Of a stretch of DNA of 64,000 nucleotides, positions 25,438 through 35,544 are shown piece by piece. Source of the DNA: Methyloligellaceae bacterium (lineage in GTDB: Bacteria > Pseudomonadota > Alphaproteobacteria > Rhizobiales > CBDHHC01); contig JBOEGA010000046.1 in NCBI GenBank assembly GCA_050633205.1, positions 12,535-76,534 of the forward strand. Reading direction: 5' to 3'. The notes below the pieces were generated by a model. The model did not search any database, had not been told where the DNA came from, and saw only the letters and a list, made by a program, of their open reading frames with translations. Positions within the stretch are counted from its first letter, which is position 1. The number at the start of each line of letters is the position of its first letter. The translations under genes and the position numbers were made by a program.

Positions 25438-27711
25438 TTATGATCCGGTGATGTCGTAAGCAGTCAGTGCTGCAATATTTACAAGTTCAGATGTTTTCGA
25501 CCCAAGTGGTACGATCTGTACAGACTTTGACAGACCGACCAGAAGTGGTCCGATGATTGTGCTGCCGCCAAGTTCCCGAAGCATATTTGTCGAGATGCTT
25601 GCCGAGTGGAATGCTGGCATTACCAGAACGTTGGCAGTATCTGATAAACGGCAGAACGGATATTTCTCCAATGCTTCTGCATTGAGTGCTACGTCTGCTG
25701 CCATTTCACCATCATATTCAAAATCGACACCCTCACCATCCAGAATTTCCACGGCTTCGCGGACGCGTTCTGAACGTTCTCCTTTTGGATTGCCGAAAGT
25801 TGAGTAGGCAAGCATTGCTACGCGCGGTTCGTAACCAAGGCGACGGGCAACTCTTGCGGCTTCCTTGGCAATATTTGCCAGTTCGCGGGAATTTGGCATG
25901 TCATGGATTGAAGTATCTGCGATCAGAACTGTGCGTCCGCGGCAAATGGCGATGGACAATCCAATGACTGTGTGATCAGGGGCAGGGTCGAGAACCTGCG
26001 TGATATCGGTGTAGGCAGTACCCCAGTTTCTTGTTGTACCGGTGATCATGCCATCGGCGTGGCCCATTGAGACCATACATGCACCAAAGATGTTTCTGTC
26101 GTTGAGAACCATACGGCGGCAGTCGCGCTCAAGATAACCTTTTCTTTGCAGGCGGCTGTAAAGCAGCTCGGTGTATTCATCGTTGAACTCACCCTGTCTT
26201 GCATTAATGATCTGGATTTCAGGACGATATTCAAGGCCCGCATCCTCGAAGGCTTTCATTATGCGTTCCTGGCGTCCGATCAGTACCGGCTGGCCAAGGT
26301 TGTTATTCAGGAAGCTGTAAGCAGCGCGAACAACCTGCTCTTCTTCGCCTTCAGCAAATACAACGCGTTTCGGGTTCATGCGAACCTGACTGAAGATACC
26401 CTGCAGCCAGCCTGCTACCGGATCGAGACGCGCATTAAGGCGTTCGATATAGGCATCAATATCTGCGATTGGTTTCTGAGCTACGCCTGTGTCCATTGCC
26501 GCTTTTGCGACTGCTGGCGGTACAAAACCGTTCAGCCTTGGATCAAACGGAGCCGGTATGATGTAGTTGCGGCCATATTGCGGGTGGTAGCCCTGATTGG
26601 CAGCGGCAACTTCGTCGGGCACATCTGCGCGGGCCAGTTCGGCAATTGCATTGACTGCTGCAATTTTCATTTCATCGTTGATTGTGCTGGCCTGAACGTC
26701 AAGTGCTCCACGGAAAATATACGGGAAACCAAGAACGTTATTTACCTGATTAGGATAGTCGGAACGGCCAGTTGCCATGATGGCATCGCTACGAACTTCT
26801 TCAACTTCTTCAGGTGTGATTTCCGGGTCAGGGTTGGCCATAGCAAAAATGATCGGATTATCATTCATGCTTTTTACCATGTCTTTTGTTAAGGCGCCTT
26901 TGGCTGACAATCCGAAAAATGCATCTGCACCATCAACAGCTTCGGCAAGAGTACGCTTGCTAGTGTCAATTGCGTGAGCTGATTTCCACTGGTTCATGCC
27001 TTCTGAACGGCCACTGTAAATTACGCCTTTAGTGTCACAAAGAATGGCATTGTTGTGGGGCAGGCCCATTTTTTTAAGGAGATCCAGACATGCAATTCCG
27101 GCTGCGCCGGCTCCGTTAAATACAACCTTGAGATCTTCAATGTTACGATTGGTCAGGTGCAGAGCATTTACAAGGCCTGCAGCAGCAATAATTGCTGTGC
27201 CGTGCTGGTCATCATGGAATACCGGGATGTCCATTAATTCCTTCAGGCGCTCTTCAATGATGAAGCAATCCGGACCTTTAATGTCTTCCAGGTTTATTCC
27301 GCCAAATGATGGGCCAAGGAAACGCACACAGTTTATGAATTCTTCAGCGTCTTTTGTATCAACTTCAAGATCTATTGCATCGATGTCAGCAAAGCGTTTG
27401 AATAACGCACCTTTACCTTCCATAACCGGTTTGGAAGCAAGGGCGCCAAGATCACCAAGTCCGAGAATTGCTGTGCCGTTAGATATGACAGCAACCAGGT
27501 TGCCTTTATTAGTGTAATCATAGGCGGTTTGCGGGTTCTCTGCGATGGCCCGGACCGGGACGGCCACACCAGGTGAATAGGCGAGAGACAGGTCTCGCGT
27601 TGTCGCAAGAGGCTTTGTTGGTGTGATTTCCAACTTGCCTGGTTTTCCGCGTTGGTGGAACTCAAGAGCTTCTTGGTCCGTGTAGCTTGTTTTCTCGAAC
27701 TTAAGGGGCAT
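25438..27711 (-). CDS. maeB: NADP-dependent malic enzyme (malic enzyme plus phosphotransacetylase-like domain)
   Basis: 757 aa. The N-terminal malic enzyme domain has LSLAYSPGVA and VFNGAGAAG. The C-terminal ~330 aa are PTA-like. Confidence 0.93.
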   Translation of the reverse strand: MPLKFEKTSYTDQEALEFHQRGKPGKLEITPTKPLATTRDLSLAYSPGVAVPVRAIAENPQTAYDYTNKGNLVAVISNGTAILGLGDLGALASKPVMEGKGALFKRFADIDAIDLEVDTKDAEEFINCVRFLGPSFGGINLEDIKGPDCFIIEERLKELMDIPVFHDDQHGTAIIAAAGLVNALHLTNRNIEDLKVVFNGAGAAGIACLDLLKKMGLPHNNAILCDTKGVIYSGRSEGMNQWKSAHAIDTSKRTLAEAVDGADAFFGLSAKGALTKDMVKSMNDNPIIFAMANPDPEITPEEVEEVRSDAIMATGRSDYPNQVNNVLGFPYIFRGALDVQASTINDEMKIAAVNAIAELARADVPDEVAAANQGYHPQYGRNYIIPAPFDPRLNGFVPPAVAKAAMDTGVAQKPIADIDAYIERLNARLDPVAGWLQGIFSQVRMNPKRVVFAEGEEEQVVRAAYSFLNNNLGQPVLIGRQERIMKAFEDAGLEYRPEIQIINARQGEFNDEYTELLYSRLQRKGYLERDCRRMVLNDRNIFGACMVSMGHADGMITGTTRNWGTAYTDITQVLDPAPDHTVIGLSIAICRGRTVLIADTSIHDMPNSRELANIAKEAARVARRLGYEPRVAMLAYSTFGNPKGERSERVREAVEILDGEGVDFEYDGEMAADVALNAEALEKYPFCRLSDTANVLVMPAFHSASISTNMLRELGGSTIIGPLLVGLSKSVQIVPLGSKTSELVNIAALTAYDITGS

Positions 27712-28165
27712 TGTGAATAGGCCTTAATTTGAGTTGAGGTCTGTAAACGTTCAGCGCCTTTTCAGGTTAGGCCAGGAACAGGCAAGCGCGTCCGGTAAAC
27801 ATGTACCCTGTACGTATTTCGTGTTCCAGCTATCAAAGACAGGTATCATTCGGTGTCCAATTACCGAAGGTTACAGACTCAGATTATGTCATCAGAGTTT
27901 ATCTAAGAGGAAACACGCAGGAAGGATAGTGAATTACGGCAACGACGCACTGTTTTCAAGGAATTTTATACATGCAAGAGAGAAAATAGTTAATTTATGT
28001 TGCTTCTGAATAGCCCTGTTGTTTGTTCCTGTGTCGTTTGGCAATATGTTTTGTGGAGAAATGGTAGATAGATATAAGTATCTGCTTAGCTCTGTTCTCA
28101 GTCTATGGGGATTGATGTTAGTTTGATTTCGAATCGAAAAAAAATCCGGCTGAGGTTACAGAGTT

Positions 28166-30904
28166 ATGTCAAGCGCTGTCAGAAAAAAACAAAGTCAAGA
28201 AACTTCAGATAACACTCAGGCCCATAAGGCCATGACACCCATGATGGTGCAGTATACGACAATCAAGGCATCCCATTCAGATTGCCTGCTGTTTTACCGT
28301 ATGGGTGATTTTTATGAGTTGTTTTTTGAGGATGCCGAGCTGGCAGCGCAGGCCTTGGGGATTCAGCTTACCAAGCGGGGCAAACATCAGGGAGCTGATA
28401 TTCCAATGTGCGGGGTTCCTGTACATTCAGCCGATGAGTATCTGCACCAGTTGATACGAAAGGGATTTCGGGTTGCCGTCTGTGAGCAGACCGAGGATCC
28501 GGCGGAAGCAAAGAAGCGTGGTGCAAAGTCTGTTGTTAATCGTGATGTGGTGAGGATTGTAACGCCGGGAACACTGACAGAGGATAATCTGTTGAGTGTG
28601 GGGCAGAACAATTTTCTGACTGCCATATTCAAAAACCCGAAAGGGGACCTGTTTTCTTTTGCCTCGATTGATATATCGACCGGTGAGTTTTTGATTTCCG
28701 AGGTTTCTATTACGGACCTTCCGGGGGAAGTGGTTCGGTTGTCTCCGAGTGAAGTTCTTGTCTCTGATGGCATAATCAGAGATGAAGAGATGATTTTGCT
28801 GGCTGAGACCACGACATTAACACCATTGCCCAATGCCTATTATGACAGTCAGGCGGGTATCAGGGATCTTAAAACCCTGCTGAATGTATCAGTCCTTGAT
28901 GGTGTGGGAACATTTTCGCGTGGGGAAATGGCGGCTGTTGGAGCTTTGCTGAAATATATTGAGCTGACGCAGCTTGGCAAGCAACCTGCTATTCGTATGC
29001 CAAAGCGGCAGGGGAATAATTCTGTTCTTGTTATTGATGCTGCTACCAGGGTGAATCTTGAGCTTGTGAAGTCAATGCAGGGAGAGCGGAAAGGAAGCCT
29101 TCTTGATGCTGTTGACCGGACAGTTACAGGGGCCGGAGCACGGGAGCTTGCAACCCGGCTTGCCAGTCCGCTTGGAGAGTGTGCGCGTATCAGTGAAAGG
29201 CAGGATGTTGTTGCCTGTTTTCTGAAACAGGGTGGGCTTCGGAGTCAGTTAAGGAAAACCTTACGGAAGGCAACTGATCCGGCAAGGGCATTTTCGAGGC
29301 TTGCGCTGGGGCGAGGAGGGCCACGGGATATGGGAGCCCTGAGGGACAGTCTGAAACTTGCCAGTGAGCTTTATGAAATGATGGTTTCTGCAAAAAGCCT
29401 TGCGGGGGAGCCAGTGCTGCTTTCTCATATTCTGTCCAGTTTAAAAGGTGCAAATTGTGCTTTGGCTGAACATCTGGACAAGGCTCTTGGTGAGGACCTG
29501 CCGTTTCTTAAACGGGATGGCGGATTTGTTCGTACCGGTTACCGGGAGGATCTGGATGAGGTCAGAAAGCTTAGGGATGAGAGCCGTCAGGTTCTGGCTG
29601 CCCTGCAGGCACGGTATGTGGAAGAGACACAGGTTAAGTCTCTGAAGATCAGGCACAATAATGTGCTTGGCTATTTTGTTGATGTTACGGCTTCTCATGG
29701 CAAGACCCTGATGGAGGGGGCTTTGAGTGAGGTTTTTATTCATCGGCAGACACTGGCAAATGCGGTTCGTTTTACGACTGTTGAGCTGAATGATATTCAG
29801 ACAAAGATACATTCTGCTGCGGAACGGTCTCTTGCTATTGAGCAGGAGGTGTTTGATGTTCTGCAGGCCGAGATTATTGCCAATGAGGAAATGCTGATTG
29901 CGCTTGCTGATGGTCTGGCGCAACTGGATGTCTATCTCGCGCTTGCTGAGTTGGCTGAAGAGCAGAATTATGTAAGGCCGACAGTTGATGAAAGTTTCTG
30001 TTTCGAGATTACTGGTGGCCGTCACCCGGTGGTTGATATTGCATTGAAGGCTCAGGGGCAGGGGCCGTTTATCGAGAATGACTGCATTCTGACAAGTGAT
30101 AAACAACAGGATACAGAAATCGGGAAGTTATGGATACTTACAGGGCCGAATATGGCTGGTAAGTCTACTTTTTTACGGCAGAATGCACTGATTACCATTC
30201 TTGCCCAGATGGGATCATTTGTTCCTGCGCAATCGGCACATATCGGTCTGGTGGACAGGTTGTTCAGTCGCGTTGGGGCGTCTGATGATCTGGCGCGAGG
30301 GCGATCTACATTTATGGTGGAGATGGTCGAGACGGCGGCTATTCTTAATCAGGCAACCGAGCGTTCTTTTGTTATTCTGGATGAGATTGGCCGGGGGACT
30401 GCGACGTTTGATGGATTGTCGATTGCCTGGGCTACTGTTGAATATCTGCATGAACAAATCAAAAGCCGTTCTTTGTTTGCTACGCACTATCATGAACTGA
30501 CTGCTCTATCGGAGAAACTTGGCGAGGTTATTAATATGACTATCCAGGTGAAAGAGTGGAAAGATGATATTGTTTTCCTGCACAAAGTTATACCAGGTGC
30601 GGCAGATCGCTCCTATGGGGTGCAGGTTGCGAAGCTTGCCGGGTTGCCTGCTCCGGTTATCGGCAGGGCCTCGGAAGTGTTGGATATTCTGGAAAACAGT
30701 GATGCTAAAACTGGTGGTCAGGACCTGATTGAGGAACTGCCTCTTTTTGCGGCATCACGTCCAAAGGTCTCAGAAGGCGGGGCAGAGGGGTTCGCGGAAG
30801 AGGATTCTGCTGTTAGACTGCTGCTTGATCAGACTAACCCCGATGAACTGACGCCTAAATCTGCACTGGATCTTGTTTATCAATTGAAGAGTCTTAATTC
30901 TTAA
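28166..30904 (+). CDS. mutS: DNA mismatch repair protein MutS
   Basis: 912 aa with TPMMVQY...YRMGDFYELFFEDA, Walker A GPNMAGKST and TFMVEM. Confidence 0.98.
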   Translation: MSSAVRKKQSQETSDNTQAHKAMTPMMVQYTTIKASHSDCLLFYRMGDFYELFFEDAELAAQALGIQLTKRGKHQGADIPMCGVPVHSADEYLHQLIRKGFRVAVCEQTEDPAEAKKRGAKSVVNRDVVRIVTPGTLTEDNLLSVGQNNFLTAIFKNPKGDLFSFASIDISTGEFLISEVSITDLPGEVVRLSPSEVLVSDGIIRDEEMILLAETTTLTPLPNAYYDSQAGIRDLKTLLNVSVLDGVGTFSRGEMAAVGALLKYIELTQLGKQPAIRMPKRQGNNSVLVIDAATRVNLELVKSMQGERKGSLLDAVDRTVTGAGARELATRLASPLGECARISERQDVVACFLKQGGLRSQLRKTLRKATDPARAFSRLALGRGGPRDMGALRDSLKLASELYEMMVSAKSLAGEPVLLSHILSSLKGANCALAEHLDKALGEDLPFLKRDGGFVRTGYREDLDEVRKLRDESRQVLAALQARYVEETQVKSLKIRHNNVLGYFVDVTASHGKTLMEGALSEVFIHRQTLANAVRFTTVELNDIQTKIHSAAERSLAIEQEVFDVLQAEIIANEEMLIALADGLAQLDVYLALAELAEEQNYVRPTVDESFCFEITGGRHPVVDIALKAQGQGPFIENDCILTSDKQQDTEIGKLWILTGPNMAGKSTFLRQNALITILAQMGSFVPAQSAHIGLVDRLFSRVGASDDLARGRSTFMVEMVETAAILNQATERSFVILDEIGRGTATFDGLSIAWATVEYLHEQIKSRSLFATHYHELTALSEKLGEVINMTIQVKEWKDDIVFLHKVIPGAADRSYGVQVAKLAGLPAPVIGRASEVLDILENSDAKTGGQDLIEELPLFAASRPKVSEGGAEGFAEEDSAVRLLLDQTNPDELTPKSALDLVYQLKSLNS

Positions 30905-30964
30905 GAAAGACTGTGGTTGTAAACAGATACAGTAGTCAGTTCCAAATACGAAGAGTGCCCATCT

Positions 30965-33724
30965 GTGTTGATAAATGCTAAAAAAGTTGTCTATCCCCCT
31001 TTATTTGACGCAGAGGAGCTGGATCGGGACCTGCAAGCTCTGGTTATTGAGCATAAAGGCAATGATACCGAATTGCGGTCAACAGTATTGGCTCGCCTGA
31101 AGAATCTTCTGGCATCTGTATATGAGAAGGCCGAAGCCGAGCTTATTGAGAGCGGTGATGGTCCAGGGTGTGCGGAGGCTTTATCTCTGTTTCAGGATCA
31201 GCTGATCGGAATCCTGTATGATTTTACAGTTAAAAATGTCTATCTGGCTGATAATCCTTCACGTAGTGAGCATATGGCTATTATTGCGACTGGCGGCTAT
31301 GGTCGGGGACTGCTTGCTCCAAAATCTGATATCGATCTGCTGTTTCTTTTGCCGTACAAGCAGACTGCGTGGGGTGAAAGCGTTGTTGAGTATATCCTGT
31401 ATTTTCTATGGGACCTCGGGTTTAAGGTTGGTCATGCGACCCGTTCGATAGATCAGTGTATTCAGCTTTCACGATCAGACTTTACAATCAGAACGGCAAT
31501 TCTTGATGCGCGCCTGATATGGGGTGATGCAAGTCTGTTTAATGAGCTGAAAGAGCGCTTTGACGGTGATGTTGTTGAGGGGTCGGGGCGCGAATTTATT
31601 GAAGCCAAGCTTGATGAGCGTGATGCGCGCCATGAGCAATCAGGGCAAACCCGTTATCTGGTTGAGCCTAATATCAAAGATGGCAAGGGTGGTCTGCGTG
31701 ATCTGCATACATTGTACTGGATCAGCAAGTATGTGACTGAAGCTGAGCGGGCTGCTGACTTTATTCAGGCGGGGATTTTCTCGCCTAAGGAATATAAGAA
31801 TTTTGTCCGTTGTGAGCATTTTCTCTGGACGGTCCGCTGTCATCTACATTTTCTGACAGGACGTCCGGAAGAACGACTTACATTTGATATTCAGCAGGAG
31901 ATGGCTGCAAGGCTGAACTATCAGGATCGTGGTGGCGAGCGCGCCATGTATGCTGTTGAGCGCTTTATGCGCCATTATTTTCTGATTGCAAAAGAAGTTG
32001 GTGCGCTCACCAGGGTTGTCTGTCTTAGCCTTGAAATAAAAGAGCTTAAGGGAGCGCCTACTTTCAATCGCGTGCTGAAAAGCAGTTTCTGGCTGCCAAA
32101 GAAGAAAATTGATCTTGGATCAGATGATTTTGTGCTGATTAATGATCGTCTTGCTGTGGCTGATGATGGGGTTTTCAAAAAAGATCCGGTTAATATTATT
32201 CGTCTGTTTCATATCGCGGAAACATATAAGACGCTTTTCCATCCAGACACTATCCGTCTTGTTCGTGCTTCATGGCGTTTGATTGATGATGATTTAAGAG
32301 AGAACAAGGAAGCAAACCGTATTTTTCTTGAACTGCTTTGTTCGCAAACTAACTCCGAAAGCGTTCTCAGAAAGATGAACGAGGTTGGTGTTCTTGGCAG
32401 GTTTATCAAGGATTTTGGGCGTGTGGTGTGTATGATGCAGTTTAATATGTATCATCATTACACGGTTGATGAGCATCTTATCCGGGCGGTCGGTATTCTT
32501 AATCAGATTGAAACCGGGGCCGCTGAGGAAGATCACCCTGTAATCAGCCGGGTTATTCAGAGGGTTCATTATAAGCGGGCTCTCTATGTGGCAGTGCTGC
32601 TGCATGATATTGCCAAGGGGCGCGAAGAGGATCATTCTATTGCAGGCGCAAGAATAGCACGTGAGTTGTGTCCCAGGTTTGGTTTGTCAAAAATTGAAAC
32701 TGAAACTGTTGCGTGGTTGATTGAAAACCATCTGGTTATGAGCCAGACTGCTCAGAGTCGGGACTTGAATGACCCTAAAACCATTCGGGATTTCGCGGAT
32801 ATGGTGCAGACGCGAGAGCGGTTGATGCTTTTACTGATATTGACAGTCTGTGATATTCGCGCTGTGGGCCCTGGCGTCTGGAATGGCTGGAAGAGGCAAC
32901 TTATCCGGTCTCTGTATTTTTCTACGCAGCCATTGCTTGCGGGTGGTTATTCTGATGTCAGTCAGGAATCCCAGATTGCCAAAGCGAAAGAGCTTGTCCG
33001 AATAGAGCTTAAGGACTGGAGTGAGGCGGAGCAAAACAGTTTCATTAACAGGCATTCTGATAATTACTGGGTACGGACAGAGTTAAAACATCAGATTCTT
33101 CATGCTGAGTTATTGAAGCAATGGGATGCTGAAAAGCAGATGCTGGTTTTTAATATAAATGTAGATGAAAATTCCGGTGTTACTGAAATAACAGTTGTTA
33201 CTAAGGGAATTAAGCAGCTACTTACTAATATCTCGGGTGCCTGTGCCAGTTCAGGGGCTAATATTGTGGGAGCCCAGATTTCAACGACACTGGATGGGCT
33301 TGCACTTGATACTATTGTAATCAAGAGAGAGTTTCCACGCAGCGAGGATGAGAAGCGGCGTGCGAATCGAATCATCAAGATGTTAGGCAGTTTGCTATCC
33401 GGAGAGCAGAAAATTGATCAAATCACTGTGGATAAGGGGCGTAAGGCACAGCTAGTAGATGTTTTCTCTGTCGACCCGGAAGTTATTATTGATGACAACT
33501 TATCTGAAGAATTTACAGTATTGGAGTTTAATGCCCCAGATCAGGCTGGGCTTTTATTTCATGTTATGAAAGTATTGGCTAAGTATAAGTTGATAATTTC
33601 TTCTGCACATATTGCTACATTTGGTGAAAAAGCTGTAGATGTTTTTTATATAAGTAATTTTAAATCAAGAAATATTAATAAAGAAAATCTTGTTGAAGAA
33701 CTTATAGACATTGTTGATGATTAG
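30965..33724 (+). CDS. glnD: Bifunctional PII uridylyltransferase/uridylyl-removing enzyme GlnD
   Basis: 919 aa with a GTG start. It has the nucleotidyltransferase motif (ATGGYGRGLLAPKSDIDLLFL), an HD domain (HYTVDEH...LLHDIAKG) and two C-terminal ACT-like segments. Confidence 0.95.
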   Translation: MLINAKKVVYPPLFDAEELDRDLQALVIEHKGNDTELRSTVLARLKNLLASVYEKAEAELIESGDGPGCAEALSLFQDQLIGILYDFTVKNVYLADNPSRSEHMAIIATGGYGRGLLAPKSDIDLLFLLPYKQTAWGESVVEYILYFLWDLGFKVGHATRSIDQCIQLSRSDFTIRTAILDARLIWGDASLFNELKERFDGDVVEGSGREFIEAKLDERDARHEQSGQTRYLVEPNIKDGKGGLRDLHTLYWISKYVTEAERAADFIQAGIFSPKEYKNFVRCEHFLWTVRCHLHFLTGRPEERLTFDIQQEMAARLNYQDRGGERAMYAVERFMRHYFLIAKEVGALTRVVCLSLEIKELKGAPTFNRVLKSSFWLPKKKIDLGSDDFVLINDRLAVADDGVFKKDPVNIIRLFHIAETYKTLFHPDTIRLVRASWRLIDDDLRENKEANRIFLELLCSQTNSESVLRKMNEVGVLGRFIKDFGRVVCMMQFNMYHHYTVDEHLIRAVGILNQIETGAAEEDHPVISRVIQRVHYKRALYVAVLLHDIAKGREEDHSIAGARIARELCPRFGLSKIETETVAWLIENHLVMSQTAQSRDLNDPKTIRDFADMVQTRERLMLLLILTVCDIRAVGPGVWNGWKRQLIRSLYFSTQPLLAGGYSDVSQESQIAKAKELVRIELKDWSEAEQNSFINRHSDNYWVRTELKHQILHAELLKQWDAEKQMLVFNINVDENSGVTEITVVTKGIKQLLTNISGACASSGANIVGAQISTTLDGLALDTIVIKREFPRSEDEKRRANRIIKMLGSLLSGEQKIDQITVDKGRKAQLVDVFSVDPEVIIDDNLSEEFTVLEFNAPDQAGLLFHVMKVLAKYKLIISSAHIATFGEKAVDVFYISNFKSRNINKENLVEELIDIVDD

Positions 33725-34066
33725 GTTTGAATTTATTTCAGAAAAAAATAATTGTTGTTGCTGGTGACCTTTCTTTGGCATGATTTATTCTTTTAATTCT
33801 CAATGCTAACTTTAGAGTTATTGAGAGTGTAAATATTTTAAAAAAAGTTGCTGTTTCATATATGCAACGCGGTATTATTATGTTGTCATAATTTCTTCTT
33901 ATGGTTGCAATGTAGACTTATTCACACATACCCTTCGCGATTATGCGGCCATGTTTTCTCTCGCCTTATTATCTGGTGGTACAGGAGACATGCACAATTT
34001 ATCCGTGGCAGAAATGTATTGATAGTACTGCGCTAAAAGAAAAAACTCTTTGAGCGGAGATGAATC

Positions 34067-35326
34067 ATGGGATTCGGGTTAAGTAATTTTCGATCAGCAG
34101 CGATTGCTACGATCGGAACTCTGGTAGGTGGTTTTGGTGTTGCGCAAGCAGGAGGAGCTGTCGGTGGGAACTGTTGTTCTGACCTTGAGGTGCGTGTTGC
34201 AGAGCTGGAAGCATCTACAGTAAGAAAAGGAAACCGGAAGGTTTCATTGAAGATTTCAGGGTATGTCAACAAAATGCTCCTGATCTGGGATGATGGTGCG
34301 GAAAGTGGGAGTTATGTTCTTGATAACTCCACTTCAGCCAGTCGTTTCAGGTTTAAAGGATCTGCTGCTGTCAGCGCAGATCTCAAGGCAGGCTTTCTGG
34401 TAGAATTTGAACTGGCTGATGCGGCATCCATGTATGCTGATCAGGATAGCTCTCAAAATGGAATGGACGTGCTGTCTGTTCGCAAAGCTGCCTGGTTTTT
34501 GAAGTCAAAAAAATATGGCAAGCTGACTGTCGGGCAGTATTCTCAGGCTACTGATGATATAATTCTGATGAGTTATGGCGGCACAGGTGCTGCTGCAACG
34601 GCTGACACTGAAGCATGGAACAGAGGTTTTTCTATCGGAAACTCTGTGAATGGTAATAGCTGGGGGCATGTTCTTTCCGGCGGTCTGGGGCTGGATACAA
34701 AGCGTGGCGATGTTGTTCGGTATGACTCACCAACCATATCAGGGTTTATGTTGAGTGCAGCCTGGGGTGATCAGGATGTCTGGGATGTGGCTTTGAAGTG
34801 GAAAGGCGCATTTGGTCATTTTCGTGTAGCTGCGGGCGTAGGATACTACAGTAACGAAGGTGAGCAGCTTATTGTCGACGGTGTGACCAGAGATGTTGAT
34901 TTTAATGAAATCAAGGGTTCGACTTCAGTTGTTCATGTTCCGACAGGGGTATTCCTGACAGGTGCCTATCTTGGTCGTGAGCGTGATGTTGCCGGCGGTG
35001 GCAGTCTGGCAGATTCCAGAATGTATTATATACAGGCTGGTATTAAAAAGCGTGTACTTGCGCTGGGTGCGACAACAATTTTTACCGAATATTCCAATAA
35101 TGAAGATTTTGGTACCGGTGTAGATTTTGATGGCAATGGTTCCAGAGATTATGCGTCAAGCGAAGTTGATGTCTGGGGACTTGGTGTTGTGCAGCGCGTT
35201 GACCGGGCTGGTATGGAAGTTTATGCGGTTTACCGGAATTATGACGCCGAGATTACCAATGATAAGGCAAATGCTGATGAAGAAGATTTCAGCTCAGTTG
35301 CTGTCGGTGCCCGAATTAAGTTTTAG
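34067..35326 (+). CDS. Outer-membrane porin (alphaproteobacterial Porin_2-like)
   Basis: 419 aa. The signal peptide ends in AQA. Next comes CCSDLEVRVAELEASTVRKGNRKVSLKISGYVN, typical of RopA/Omp2-type porins. Alternating beta-strand patterns run to a C-terminal F. GGAGA lies 6 nt upstream of the start. Confidence 0.8.
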   Translation: MGFGLSNFRSAAIATIGTLVGGFGVAQAGGAVGGNCCSDLEVRVAELEASTVRKGNRKVSLKISGYVNKMLLIWDDGAESGSYVLDNSTSASRFRFKGSAAVSADLKAGFLVEFELADAASMYADQDSSQNGMDVLSVRKAAWFLKSKKYGKLTVGQYSQATDDIILMSYGGTGAAATADTEAWNRGFSIGNSVNGNSWGHVLSGGLGLDTKRGDVVRYDSPTISGFMLSAAWGDQDVWDVALKWKGAFGHFRVAAGVGYYSNEGEQLIVDGVTRDVDFNEIKGSTSVVHVPTGVFLTGAYLGRERDVAGGGSLADSRMYYIQAGIKKRVLALGATTIFTEYSNNEDFGTGVDFDGNGSRDYASSEVDVWGLGVVQRVDRAGMEVYAVYRNYDAEITNDKANADEEDFSSVAVGARIKF

Positions 35327-35375
35327 GCCCTGCTGGACATTATTCAGAATCCGGGTATTTACATAAAAAAACAAG

Positions 35376-35405
35376 AAGCCGCTTTCCATAATAAGCGGCT
35401 TTTTT
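35376..35405 (+). terminator. Rho-independent terminator of the porin gene
   Basis: AAGCCGCTT (35376-35384) / AAGCGGCTT (35393-35401) followed by a T-run. Confidence 0.85.
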
Positions 35406-35544
35406 CGTTGTAGTTCAATATTACAGGCATAATCAGTGATGTTCGCTCTGTATCGCAGTCTGGGGTATAGTAATTTCAGCATAAGCCCTCTATTATCGCG
35501 CAAAATAAATAATTAGCCATTGTGCTTATTCCGGGCATGCTTTT

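Noticed and set aside
28127-28139. The TTTCGA-a-TCGAAA dyad 27 nt upstream of the mutS start.
   Set aside because: It is a short 6-bp-arm palindrome in AT-rich DNA, readily expected by chance, with no second copy seen.
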